64,000 bases of DNA, taken from the IMG/VR virus record IMGVR_UViG_3300032167_000116, positions 1 to 64,000 of that record; one strand, given 5' to 3'. Each line of letters opens with the position of its first letter. Within the stretch, counting starts at the first letter, position 1. The translations under genes were made by a program, and so were the position numbers. This DNA comes from an uncultured virus (IMG/VR IMGVR_UViG_3300032167_000116) (taxonomy: Duplodnaviria > Heunggongvirae > Uroviricota > Caudoviricetes). This document shows, piece after piece, positions 63,819 through 64,000 of the stretch. Below the pieces are notes generated by a model. That model did not search any database. It was not told the origin of the DNA and saw only the letters and a program-made list of their open reading frames with translations.

Positions 63819-64000
63819 CTAATTGCCGAACAATGCCATCTGTGCATCCGTTACATCTTCAGAAGGTGCTTCCGGAACCGATTCTTCCTGATCAACTTCA
63901 GTCACCTGTGCTTCAATGATGGAATCATCGTTTTCAACATAGGTCTTTGTTCCATCCTCATTGATCACCGTCATGTCACCATCCATTGCCATCTGCATTT
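63819..64000 (-). CDS. C-terminus of a probable RecT-like recombinase (truncated by the window edge)
   Basis: Translated by hand: ..MQMAMDGDMTVINEDGTKTYVEND..AQMALFGN*; acidic tail; upstream of mazG/ssb. Confidence 0.45.
   Translation of the reverse strand, partial: MQMAMDGDMTVINEDGTKTYVENDDSIIEAQVTEVDQEESVPEAPSEDVTDAQMALFGN

Larger units (their letters stand above)
41123..64000 (-). mobile_element. Phage 2: related siphophage (tail, head, packaging, part of the early region); continues off the right edge, and 1-3123 is probably its distal tail region
   Basis: Syntenic homologues of phage 1 genes, and a GATC/GGCC-rich style shared with 1-2250. Confidence 0.75.

Noticed and set aside
1..64000. 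tRNA, rRNA, IS elements or introns
   Set aside because: None were recognised by eye, and terL, portal and capsid genes are uninterrupted. A tRNAscan/Rfam run would be needed to be sure.

Overview
The whole window is phage DNA, with no host genes. It contains two related but diverged temperate siphophages of probable Clostridia/Lachnospiraceae type; the host is inferred from gene style and Firmicutes-type promoters and SOS box. Almost all genes are on the minus strand. 'Phage 1' is complete: head, tail, lysis, replication, cI/cro switch, large serine integrase, a symmetric attP-like site and a nuclease moron. 'Phage 2' is partial. The most striking feature is shared by both phages. Each has one head module, one major tail protein and one chaperone pair, but TWO tape-measure proteins in tandem and TWO tail-tip modules. 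Module B (TMP-B, small Dit-like protein, tail-tip protein, fibre cassette) is nested between TMP-A and its conventional Dit/Tal/DUF859 module, which suggests virions with two alternative tails. A 323-bp near-identical direct repeat 37,999 bp apart, a composition switch at that repeat, the intact attP-like site and the position of the lysis genes all indicate that phage 1 is a circular 38-kb genome joined into phage 2 inside the fibre gene (a real cointegrate or an assembly misjoin). Other items are a LexA-box-controlled 32-aa candidate antirepressor, a MuF protein with a toxin-like extension, a conserved two-hairpin leader RNA before terS, and -1 frameshift sites in the tail chaperones. All product names come from recognising motifs and synteny by eye; no database search was run.
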